From Mobula hypostoma (Eukaryota): 64,000 bases of DNA. Below are positions 12,181 through 23,699 of the stretch, one piece after another (the first letter of the stretch is position 1; every line of letters starts with the position of its first letter). The position numbers and the translations under genes were made by a program. The DNA lies in the NCBI RefSeq assembly GCF_963921235.1, contig NC_086097.1:3658001-3722000 (forward strand), given 5' to 3'. Under the pieces are notes generated by a model. That model saw only the letters and a list, made by a program, of their open reading frames with translations. It was not told the origin of the DNA and made no database searches.

Positions 12181-13309
12181 AATTTATTTTGGGAATATGA
12201 AAAGTCACAACCCTCCGGGCAATTTGATGGGGAATATGTCATGAACCCTTTGGACCAGCGAAGGGCACGGGGTAGCTGCAGGTCTCGGCACACCTGAATG
12301 TCATTTATTTAAATTTATAAAGAGTTGTTTAATGACGACTTTTATCATTAAGCTAGCTGCTACTGTGTTTTGTGACACTCATTATGTAAATATGGTTTCT
12401 CTATGCTTCTCATTCTTCAGTGGTTAGTTTTTGGTTTTGACCTGATAGAGGTTCCTGTGTTTTATGGTGTTTTTAAGGTTATTCTGGATTAGAGCTTATC
12501 GCTGAGTCCTGGATTTGAGCTCTGTGTGAACTGCAGTTCCATGTGTTCAAATCCCACAGAAGTGAGTTCTTAGTTTGATCTTCCCTGTATTATTCTCCAA
12601 ATCAATCTTCAGCGTTAATTTTTACTGTCAAGTCCTGAGCTGGATCCGCACCTGGATCTGCTCATCTGAAGATCTTTACAGAATATGAGAAGTCAGAAAG
12701 TGCCAGGCAGCTTGTTTGGGGAATATAGACTGTCATCTTGATCTGTTCAAATGTCATCTGGGGGAGGAGATGAATGCATCACTGCAGTTCGCTAGTCTAG
12801 TGACTACATTTTAGAAGATAATATAGCTACCTTTGTACAATCTAGTACTGTGGACTTCAGCTTTTGATTTAGTTAGTTTGAATTTCAAAATGAAGTGCTA
12901 AGTTAATTTTGACTTTTTTAAAATAATTGTCAATTGTACGAAACACATTTGGTACTTTTCTTTGTAGCAGTTACACGAAGTTGAGACTTCATAAGGTATT
13001 GGTCAGACCACATTTGGGAGTATTGTGAGCAGTTTAGGCCTCTTATCTAAGGAATGAGGTGCTGGATTTAGATTAGATTGTAGATTATGAGGACACGCAG
13101 TCCTCTTTTATTGTCATTTAGTAATGCATGCATTAAGAAATGATATAATTTGTTCCTCCAGAATGATATCACAGAAACACAAGACAAACCAAGACTAAAA
13201 AAACTGACAAAAAACACATAATTATAACATAGTTACAACAGTGCATGCAATACCGTAACTTGATAAGAACAGACCATGGGCAGGGGTCTTGATAAGAAGT
13301 ACACACTAC

Positions 13310-14205
13310 TAAACTTAAATGCAAAACCCAGAAAGATGAAGGAATTATCACTACAGAAGAAAACATTAACTAATGGAAGAGCATGATCCTCCATGAAAGA
13401 TATCCCATGATCTGAGCAGACTACATGTCAACAAGGAAATGTCAAACACCTGGCTCAGAGTTGGAGACCTCTTTCCAGAAAAAGAGGAGTTTCTTGTGTC
13501 AATACAGGACCAAGGGCTTAACACAAAATATTATCAAAAATACATAATTAATAAACAAAAAAATCAAGACATTAAAAGCAGAAAATGCCAAGAGAAACTA
13601 GGAACATTACATCACATTACAGGATCCTGCAGCAGTTTAACTCAATCTGATTACTTACAAAGGTGCAATCAAGTGAGAAATATTATTCACAAAAATCTTG
13701 CTTTAAAATTCTAAAAACTGATAAAATTCACTATACCTCACTATAAATACAAGCCTGATCCAGTTTTAGAGTCAGACTCCTACAAATTATATTATGATCG
13801 ATCTGTTATTGCAGATAGTACAGCCATAATAGCCATCTGGATATAATATTACAGGATAAGCAAGCAAGAGCAACTTACTTAATAGATATAGCCATTCCAA
13901 GCACACATAACATATAGAAATCAATAAGTGAAAAATACCAGAATCATGCTGAATTAAAAGAGGAAATTGAAAGACTATGGAGCATGAACATTGTCTCAAC
14001 AGTAATATCTACAACTGGTATCATTCCAAAGACACCAAACAATACCATTAAACAATTAGAGCTACACAGTAATATCTATGTAAATCTCCAGAAAGTCACA
14101 ATACTAAACACCACACGAATATTCCGAAAATTCCTATCAATTGATAAGTGAGTGAGCTTGGCCATACCCGTACCTCAGGTTTTACCAGCTTGAACTGAGA
14201 AAAAA
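13310..14205 (+). mobile_element. R4/Dong-like non-LTR retrotransposon 3' fragment (zinc knuckle plus restriction-like endonuclease)
   Basis: WLRVGDLFPE...IQDQ; decayed CCHC knuckle (RKCQE..TLHHITGSC); downstream DIILQDK...LIDIAIP, a PD-(D/E)xK-type motif. Confidence 0.75.
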
Positions 14206-14999
14206 ATATTACATTAGTATTATGCAACATTGGATCCATCCATATTTTTCCTCATCGATGATTTTAATCAGTTAAAATCTGAATCACAATCAAGTACATT
14301 ATCATCGCATGTCAGGAAATTTGTTGCTTTGCGGCAGGCATTACAGTGCAGTACATATAAAATATTATAAGCTACCACAAGAATATATAAAGATATAAAT
14401 AAGTAGAGCAAAAAAGGGCCAAAGTAGTGAGGTAGAGTTCATGGATTCATGGACTGTTCAGAAGTCTGATGGCAGAGGGGGAGAAGCTGCTCTTAAGAGG
14501 TTGAGTGTTTTCGAGTGTTGAAGAGAGCAGGAATATCACGTTATGTGCAACAGAGGGAATACCAGGCTATCAGTGCATCTTTCAATTGATCGCTGCATGT
14601 TAGGGCACCAGGAACAGAAAATGTAGTTTGGATAGATACCCAGAGCTGAAATAAAAATATTTTAACTTGAAGGGTAATAAGATCATAAAGGCTTCAGCAA
14701 GACAATTTTCTAAAATGCTGCTTCGAGTCATAACTTTGGGTTTTAACTGTGCTCTCTGGTATGTTTCAGTAATGCTAAAAGTCAGTGCAATGTTACTCAG
14801 GAGAGACAGTTCCTTCATTTCCTTCCCTTTGATGGCTAGCAATGACCAAGAAGGCAGGTACAAATAAAATAAGATTATTGTGGCCCTGCAACAGTTTTCC
14901 ATCCTCCCAGGAGAAATCATTTTCAGCTTTAAACCCATCCAAGCAACTTCAGTCAATAACAACGTGTTCAATATGAGGAGACATTTATGTTCTCTCAGT

Positions 15000-15420
15000 C
15001 CCCAGGCTTTACTAAATCCAGCATGACAGAGCATATGACTCCCATCCTAACCCTTCTGCTTTGGCTTCCTGTATCTTTTAGAATTGATCTTAAAGTTCTC
15101 TTAATTGTTTTTAAAGCTCTCAATGGTCTGGGGCCAGAGTACATCGCAGAATCACTTTTGTTTTATAATCCTGCTCGAGCTCTCAGCTCTTCATCTACCT
15201 GTCTCTTAAATTTAATCAATCTTTCTCAAAGATAATTGGTAGGTCAGCTTTTTTGAACTATGCCCCTAAACTGTGGAATTCTACACTTAAACTATAAGGC
15301 ATGCAGACTCAAGTGACACTTATAAACACTTTTTCTCTCTTATTTTCATCTTTGCACTTTATCTCATTGTAAATCACTTTGAACTACATTGTCTGTATGG
15401 AAAGTGCTCTGTAAATGAGT
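15000..15420 (+). mobile_element. L2 LINE 3' fragment
   Basis: EHMTPILTLLLWLPVSFRIDLKVLLIVFKALNGLGPEYI matches the L2 ORF2 C-terminal motif HITPxLxxLHWLP. Confidence 0.75.
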
Positions 15421-15469
15421 TATTAATTATTATTATTATTATTACTCCTATTATTATTGTATTTTTACT

Positions 15470-16320
15470 TTTTGTCAGCTCAAGCTGGTAAAACCTGAGG
15501 TACAGGCACATCCAATTACACTCATTTCTCAATTGCTAGGAACTTTCAGACTATTCTAGTGGTGTTTATCATTGTGGCTTTCTGGAGATTTACATAAATA
15601 TTGCTGTGCAGGCCGAATTGTTTAATGCTATTGTGTAGTGCCTTTGGGATGATACCAGTTGTAGATATTGCTGTCGGGACAATGTATTCCCTGTTCACGT
15701 TCCATACTCTTTCAATTTCCTCTTTTAATTCTGCATTGTTTTCACTTACTGATTTCTATATGTTATGTCTGTTTGGAATGGCTGTATCTGTTAAATAAGT
15801 TGTTCATGTTTGTTTATCCTGTATTATTATATCCAGATGGTTATTATGGATTGTCCTGTCTGTAATACGGATCGGTCATCATATAATTTGTAGGACTCCA
15901 GCTCTAAAACTGGAAGAGGCTTGCATTTATAGTGAGGTATGATTTTTTTTATGAATTTGTACTTTAAAGGAAGATTCATGTTTGTCACTTGATTGCGCCT
16001 GTGTAAGTAATCAAACTGAGTTAAACTATTGCAGGATCCTGTAGTCTGTTAGATTGTTTTTGCATTTTCTTGCATCTTCTGCATTTGTCATCTTCCGTTT
16101 TTTTTGTTTTTTTATTATGTATTTCTGGTATCCTTTTGTGTTAACCAACGGGTCCAGTATTGCCACAAGGAACCCTTGTTTCTGGGAAGAGGTCTCCAAC
16201 GCTGTACCAGGAGATCAACGCTTCCTTGTCAACATCTCGTCTGCTCAGCTCATGGGAGTGTCTTCCATGGAGGGTCATGGTCTTCCAGTGGTTAACACTG
16301 TCTTCTGTAGTGATAATCTA
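15470..16320 (-). mobile_element. R4/Dong-like 3' fragment (inverted copy of 13310-14205)
   Basis: Reverse complement matches the 13310-14205 copy, e.g. CAGCTCAAGCTGGTAAAACCTGAGGTAC. Abuts a (TTA)n tract. Confidence 0.75.
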
Positions 16321-16589
16321 AGATAAAGTTATGTTAGTTAAAAGCAAGGTTAAATAAATAGGATTTGAGCTCATGTTTTTGAAAGTGTAAACTGAGTTTG
16401 CATCCCCCTACATGAAATCACTATATTTCTGCACTGCTTACTTAATTTATATATGTATATAGCTTTGTGTAATTCATAGACTTTATTATTATTTATTGCA
16501 ATGTACTTCTGCTGCAAAACAACAAATTTCATGACATATTCCAGTGATGTTGAACCTGATTCTGATTTTGATCCTGATCCCTTATAGTT

Positions 16590-17390
16590 TTTGGTACTGA
16601 AAGTGCTGTCACAGCAGAATAGCGTTGTAAAAAAAGCTTTAGGCATATTGGACTTCATAGATCAATATATTGAGTACAGGAGATGGGATATTATGTTGAA
16701 CTTGTATAAGACATTAATGAGGCCTAATTTGGAGTATTGTGTGCAATTTTGTTCACCTACCTACAGGAAAGATGAAAATAAAGTTGAAAGATTATGGAGA
16801 AAATTTACAAGGTCGTTGACAAGACTGGAGGATCTGAATTATAGCAAATAACTGAATAGGTTTGAACTTTATTCCCTAGAACTTAGAAGATTTGATAGAG
16901 GTATACAAAATTATGAAGGGTATAGATAGGGTAAATGCAAGCAGGCTTTTTCCGTTGAGGTTGGATGAGGCTACAACTAGAGGTCATGGGTTAAAGATGA
17001 AAGCTGAAATGTTTCAGGGGAACATGAGAAGCGTCTTCTTTCAGAGGCTGAGTATGTGGAACAAGCTGTCTACGTAAGTAACACACATCAAAGTTGCTGG
17101 TGAACGCAGCAGGCCAAGCAGCATCTGTAGCAAGAGGTGCAGTCCCCCGTTCACCAGCAACTTTGATGTGTGTTGCTTGAATTTCCAGCATCTGCAGAAT
17201 TCCTGTTGTCTACGTAAGTGGTGGATTTGATTTTGATATCAACATTTAGAGAAGTTTCGATAGATACATAGACCGGAGGGGTATGGAGGGCTGAGGTCCC
17301 ACTGCTGATCAATGGGACTAGGCTGATTAAGAGGCTCAGTGTGGGCTAGATGGTTGGAGGGCCTGTTTCTGTGCTGTAGTACTCTATTAC
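16590..17390 (+). mobile_element. Degenerate CR1 3' fragment
   Basis: LYKTLMRPNLEYCVQF and IDRVNASRLFP..TRGHGLK peptides. Interrupted at 17080-17206. Confidence 0.85.
17080..17206 (+). mobile_element. Penelope-derived fold-back element
   Basis: ACACACATCAAAGTTGCTGGTGAACG pairs with CGTTCACCAGCAACTTTGATGTGTGT. Perfect 13-bp TSD TGTCTACGTAAGT at 17067-17079 and 17207-17219. Confidence 0.85.
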
Positions 17391-18544
17391 TCTTTGAGTC
17401 TAAATAAATATGACAGGTCAGCTCAGGAAAAGTCCTTTCGGCCAACAATGTCAAACCAAATAATCAAATAGCCAACTAAATGAATCTCTTCTGCTTACAG
17501 AATGTCCATATCCCTCCATTTCATCACATTCATGGGTGTATCACAACTTCTCTTAGAAGTCTCTATGTATCTGCTGCTACCAGCATCCCAGCCAGTGCAT
17601 TCCAGTCACCCACCACTCTGCGCAAAAACAATTTGCCTCTCACATATCCTTTGAAATTACCCCTTGTTAGCATGCCCTCTGGTACTGGACATTTCAACCC
17701 TGGGAAAAAGTTACTGTCTGTGCCTCTCATAATCTTACGAAGTTCTGTTAGATCTCTCCTCAGCCTCTGTCGCTCCAGAGAAAACAACCCAAGTTTGTCC
17801 AACTTGTCCCCTCTTCTCCAGCGCTCCTCCCCTCCATTGCTACTGTGCGATAGTTACTGCGGATAGAGTTCTTTAAAGTTGACGCCTGTTTCACCAGGTC
17901 CTAACATCAAAAATGCAGCAGCCACAATCACCACAGACTTCCATTGCAAACTCTGTTTTAGCAGAGCCATCAGTGTAAAAGCCATCCAAACAATTGATTA
18001 AAGATGAATATTCCTAACCGTGTCATTTTTCAACATTTCTACTAGAGCAGAGCATTCGCTTACCTGGTAACATAACGGTTGGAATGACGCTATTACAGCT
18101 CGGGCCATCAGAGTTCAGAGTTCAATTCCAACATCATCCACGAGGAGTATCTTTATGCCCTCCCCTTGGAACATGTATTTCCTCCAGGTGCTCTGGTTTT
18201 CCCCCACAGTCTAAAGATGTACGGACTTGTAAAGGGGTAGTGGAAGTATAATTTGTCCAGCTGTGCTGATCACCCCATCCTTGACTAAGCTGTTCCACCG
18301 TGAACATGATCTGTTATGAGTCAACGTGATGCTTTCAGATCAGGTCATGCACAGCACATACCTCCGCCGCACTGCTCCCGTGTGTTTGTGGGGTACAGGG
18401 GCTAGCGACCCTTGTGCCTGTTCTATGCTGAGCAGCAGTGAACCATCTGATTGGCCTATCAGAGTTCTCTTTGGGAACTAGTTAACCTGATCAGCATTTC
18501 TGATCTGGCTATTATTCACGACTGCATTTAATAAAAAAAAAATT

Positions 18545-18950
18545 TTAAGGCTTGTCATGAGAAATGTTTGATGGCTCTGGGCCTTTACTCACTGGAATTC
18601 AGAAGAATGAGGGATGACCCCATTGAAACCTATAAAATGTTGAAAGGCCTTGATAGAGTGGATGTGGAGAGAATGTTCCCTATGGTGGGAGAGTCTAAGA
18701 CCAGAGGAGACAGCCCCAGAATAAAGGAGTGGCCTTTTAGAATGGAAATAAGGAGGAATTTCTTTAGCCAGAGAGTGGTGAAGCTGTGGAATTCTTTGCC
18801 ACAGGCAGCTGTGAAGGCCAAGTCGTAGGGTATATTTAAGCCAGATATTGATAGATTCTTGATTAGTCAGGGCATTGAAAGGTACAGAGTAAAGGCAGGA
18901 GATGGGCCAAATGGCCTAATTCTGCTTCTATATCTTATGGTTTTATGGTT
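18545..18950 (+). mobile_element. CR1 3' fragment
   Basis: ORF 18568-18828 reads LGLYSLEFRRMR...NFFSQRVVKLWNSLP. Confidence 0.85.
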
Positions 18951-20349
18951 TGTAGGTTAATTGGTCGTTGTAAATTGTATTCTAATTCGGCTAGGGTTAA
19001 ATTGGTGAGTTGCTAGGTGGTCTGGCTTTTTGGGCCGGAAAGGCCCGTTCTGTGCTGTATCTCTAAATAAAATAAATGTGGGTAAAATCCAATTTCTACA
19101 TGCTGGCCCATAACTCCTGCATTCCCCTTTGATAACTGTGTGAAGCTTGTCAGTTATATGAGCTTCCACTTCATTTAGATGCAGATTGCGGCGATAGGAA
19201 AAATGCTGCACTTAACAGAATACCTCAAATTTTAAAAGAGGCAATTAGACTCCTTACTATAAAAAGAATAGCTTTAAACGTGGGCTTGTCAATTTGACAG
19301 ATGAATAGCTGGAATTATTGGGAGCCAGATGTGATGGGTTTTCTGAATTTGATGAATGAGACATTTATGGCATTGTCAGTCAGGAGTGAAGCATCTTCCT
19401 CTGAGGAGGTTTGGAATGATCTTTACATTGTCAGAGTTCAGGATCCCAACCCGTTCACTCCACCACTCTTCTCTCACACACTTCAGCCTTTTAGTCCCTT
19501 TTTAGGATGCTATTGTCATGCAGAATCTTTGAAGCAGTGTCCACTTTTTATCTGCCATTCACAGTATATGTTCGGCTGCAGACGTGAAAGACGGTTTAAT
19601 CTGAATTACATTTGACATCGTTTGTGTGTCATAGTACTGCACCCTTTATAATCACATGAACTTGCCGTGGTCAGTAACAATCAGAGCAATAACTGCAAAA
19701 GCACATCAGAATCAGATTTAATATCACTGGCATATGTCGTGAAATTTGTTGTTTTGTGGCAGTAGTACAGTGAATTATAAAAACTGCGAATTACAGTAAA
19801 AATATATGTAAAATTAAATTAAATTAGTATAGAATGAGAAATAAAAAAGAAAATAGTGAGTTAGTGTACGTGGGTTTACTGTCCATGCAGACACATGTGG
19901 AGGGGAAGAAGCTGTTCCTGAAATATTGAGTATGTGTCTTCCGGCTCCTGTACCTCCTCCTTAATGGTAGCTTGAGAAAGGGCAAAAGAGCTCCTTATGG
20001 GAAGTGTCTGTAATAACCGAATAACTTCATTTTTAATTTCCTTTTGTTCTGATTAACTTTCTAAAGTGCCTTTTTATAAAATCTCAGTGTTTGCTTGCTG
20101 TGATTTGATGCTGAGCAGTAATTTAGACTTGTTTCTATGCCCTGGGCAAAATCCAGTCACACTGTACTCTCTGACCAAATTACAAATTCTCCCAAATACA
20201 TGAACTGAAAAAAAGAGTATTCATTCTGAAATTCTGTTTGCCTTCCTACTTCTGAGTCAGTTCAGATTTTGAGCAGCTGCAGGTTTTGTCTATTTCCTTC
20301 CCAGGTATATCTACTCACTGAGGTGTGGTGTGAGCAACAGTTCATGAAG

Positions 20350-21150
20350 AATTGTCTGTTCCAAAGAAATCTATTGGCAAACTTCAACCCTTCCAGAATG
20401 CTGCTGAAACCAGGATGAGGGAACATATCACTCCCGTCCTAGCTACTCTGCGTTGGCTTCCTGTATCTTTTAGAATTGATTTTAACATTCTCTTACTTAT
20501 TTTTAAAGATCTGGGACCAGGTACATTACCAAGTCGCTTTCATTTTATAATCCTGCTTGAACTCCCAGCTCTTCTTCCACCAGACTCTTAAATTTGAACA
20601 ATTTTCCTGAAAAGATAATGGGCAGGTCAGCTTTACTGAACAATGTTCCTACGGACGCCCATCACCTAGACATGCACTCTTCTCATTGTAGGCACATAGT
20701 CAGCGATTCAGGAACAGCTTCTTCCCCTCTGCCATCCGATTTCTGAATGGACATTGAACCCATCAACACTACCTCACTACTTTTTAATTTCTATTTTTGC
20801 ACTACTTATTTAGTTTAACTATTATATATATATTTACTATAATTCACAGATTTTTTTTCTCTCTCTATAATTATGTGTTGCATTGTACTGCTGCTGCAAA
20901 GTTAACAAATTTCACAACTAATATCTTTGATATTAAACCTGATTCTGATTCTAAACTGTGGAATTCAATACCTAAAACTATAAGGGATGCAGACTCAGTT
21001 GACACTTTTAAACAACAGCTCAAAACCTATTTATTTAACCTTGCTTTTAACTGACATCTTTTTGTCTTTTATTTTCATGTTTGCACTTTATCCCATTGTA
21101 AAGCGCTTTGAACTACATCATCTGTGTGAAAAGTGCTCTATAAATAAGTA
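20350..21150 (+). mobile_element. L2 3' fragment with a nested LINE tail (about 20650-20950)
   Basis: REHITPVLATLRWLPVSFRIDFNILLL; KLWNSIPKTIRDADSVDTFKQQLKTYLF. Confidence 0.7.
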
Positions 21151-21404
21151 TTACTATTACGTGTTGATGAAAACAACACATAATTACAAGTGATAGACGC
21201 TAATAAATAGAAGTTGTCTGGTTCATCTCACCCTCAAATCCTGATTTTTTTCTGAATTGGATCTTCTTGGATTTGTCTCAGTGTTTTTTTTTTGGTGTTC
21301 TGAGGTAAAGCCATTTTTCCAAACTGGAAGCATCTGTGAACCATCTCATTAGTGGAGTGTCATGATCTTTGGTGGTAAATAGAAAATAATTATCTTTTTA
21401 ACTA

Positions 21405-21865
21405 CAAACAACAGGAATTCTGCAGATGCTGGAAATTCAAGCAACACACATCAAAGTTGCTGGTGAACGCAGCAGGCCAGGCAGCATCTATAGGAAGAGG
21501 TGCAGTCGACGTTTCAGGCCGAGACCCTTCGTCAGGACTAACTGAAGGAAGAGTGAGTAAGGGATTTGAAAGCTGGAGGGGGAGGGGGAGATGCAAAATG
21601 ATAGGAGAAGACAGGAGGGGGAGGGATGGAGCCGAGAGCTGGACAGGTGATAGGCAAAAGGGGATACGAGAGGATCATGGGACAGGAGGTCCGGGAAGAA
21701 AGACGGGGGGGGGGGGTGACCCAGAGGATGGGCAAGACGTATATTCAGAGGGACAGAGGGAGAAAAAGGAGAGTGAGAGAAAGAATGTGTGCATAAAAAT
21801 GAGTAACAGCTGGGGTACGAGGGGGAGGTGGGGCCTAGCGGAAGTTAGAGAAGTCAATGTTCATG
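21405..21865 (-). mobile_element. Penelope-like element 3' end / pseudo-LTR with hammerhead
   Basis: Pyrimidine-rich tract, then hammerhead, then family tail on the minus strand. TSD ATCTTTTTAACTA at 21392-21404 and 21866-21878. Confidence 0.85.
21503..21540 (-). ncRNA. Minimal type I hammerhead ribozyme motif (intact core)
   Basis: Minus strand reads UAGUC-CUGACGA-AGG(GUCUCGG)CCU-GAAA-C-GUC^GACUG: stem I, CUGANGA box, stem II, GAAA box, palindromic ACGU stem III and a GUC cleavage triplet. Confidence 0.8.
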
Positions 21866-23699
21866 ATCTTTTTAACTAGTTTATCTCCCTTCTCACATGT
21901 GTGAAATTCCTCTCAATGTGAAATGAGCAATTGCCAGATTTTCTCTGCAACCAGTGATGTATTGACAAAATCACAGGAAATTGTCATTTTAAGCACATAA
22001 CTTCAAAAGTGCATTTCTTTGTGTTTTAGTATTTTATTGAAAATCGCTATTTCAGACTAATCTTCACCACTCATTCCTCCTTAAGCATAAGATACAGGAC
22101 CTGGCCATCTGGCCCATGGAGTCTGCACCTACATTGGTGCTGGATTCCTGAATTATCCCCATATCCGTTCATTACACTCAGTGGCCATGGTGTGCACGTT
22201 CATAGCCTTCGGCAGCTGCAACACATCCATATCAAGGTTCCTATTCAGAGATACTTTTTTTGCACATAACAGTTGCAAAATGCTTGGTTGTTTGAGTTAC
22301 AGTCACCTTCTTATCAGTGTGAACCAGTCTGACCATTCTCCTCTAACACTTTCACCCACAGAACTGCTACTCATTGAATGTTTTTTTTCCAGCATGTTCG
22401 GTAAACGCTGGAGACTATTGTTCGTGAAAAGGCCAGGAGGTCAGCAGCTTTTGAGATACTCAAACCACCCCATCTGACACCACGATCATTCCATGGTCAA
22501 AGTCACTTACAGTATATGATGAACTCAGTGATTTCATTATACTGAATTTCAGAGATTCACCATCAGTGTGAAAAAAATTTTCTTCATCCAAAGCTAACAT
22601 TATTTTCAGATGTGATGGCCTGGTTAGTCATGAAGTCAATGACTACTACAGCACAGAAACAGGCCCTTCAGCCCATCTGGTCCATGCCAAACTCTTAATC
22701 TGTCTAGTCCCATCAACCCACACCCGGACCAAAGCCCTGCACACCCCTCCCATCCATGTACCTGTCCAAATTCTCTTAAAAGTTGAAATCGAGCCCTCAT
22801 TCACTGCTTATACTGTCAGCTCATTCCACATTCTCACCACATTCTGAGTGAAGAAGTTTCCCCTCATGTTTCCGCTAAACTTTTCACCTTTCAGCTTTAA
22901 CCCATGACTTCTTGTTCTAGTCTCACCCAACCTCAGTTATTCTAGATTGTCAAAGACTAGAGCCTCAGCCCAATCATGCTCACCTTATGTAAGAGATTAT
23001 CTGTACCCCCACAATAGTGACCATATCCTTGAGAAAAATGAACAGAGTGGTGAATCTCTGGAATTCCTTGCCACTGGCAGCTGTGGAGAGCAGTCTTTAT
23101 GTATAGTTAAGGCAGAGGCTGATAGATTCTTGATTGGTCAGGGCATGAAAGGATATGGGGAGAAGGCAGGAGATTGGGGTTGAGAGGAAAATTGTATCCG
23201 CCATGCTGAAATCACAGAGAAGACTCAATAGGCCAATTAGCATAATTCTGCTCCTAAATCTGATGGTCTTATGGTCTCAAATTGTATGCAGTACACTAGA
23301 GATGGTCTTATGTTGACCCTGTATAACAGCAGTAATGCATCAATTGAACTTTGAACTTGGAACTGTAATACTGAAATCCCCTCAGAATAAAAGCCATCAG
23401 TCCTTTTATTATTACACAACCATTGATCACCCAGTAGCTTAGTGGTTAGCAGGACACTATCATAGCCCAGGGTGTTCCAAAGTTCAAAGTTCAATTCCAG
23501 CACCGTTCTGTAAGTCGTCTCTGTGTGTCCTCCCTGTGCGATGTCTGAGTTTTTTCTGGGTCCCCCAGTTTCTTTCTACAGTCCAAAGACATACTGGGTA
23601 GGTTAATTGATCATTGTAAATTCTCCCGTGGTTAGGGTTAATTGGTGTTGTGGGGTTGTTGGGGCAGCGTAGCTCTAAGGGCTGGAATTGACCAGAACT

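Noticed and set aside
14600..15034. 144-aa minus-strand ORF as a host exon
   Set aside because: No recognisable domain, it begins inside an L2 fragment, and there is no convincing splice context.
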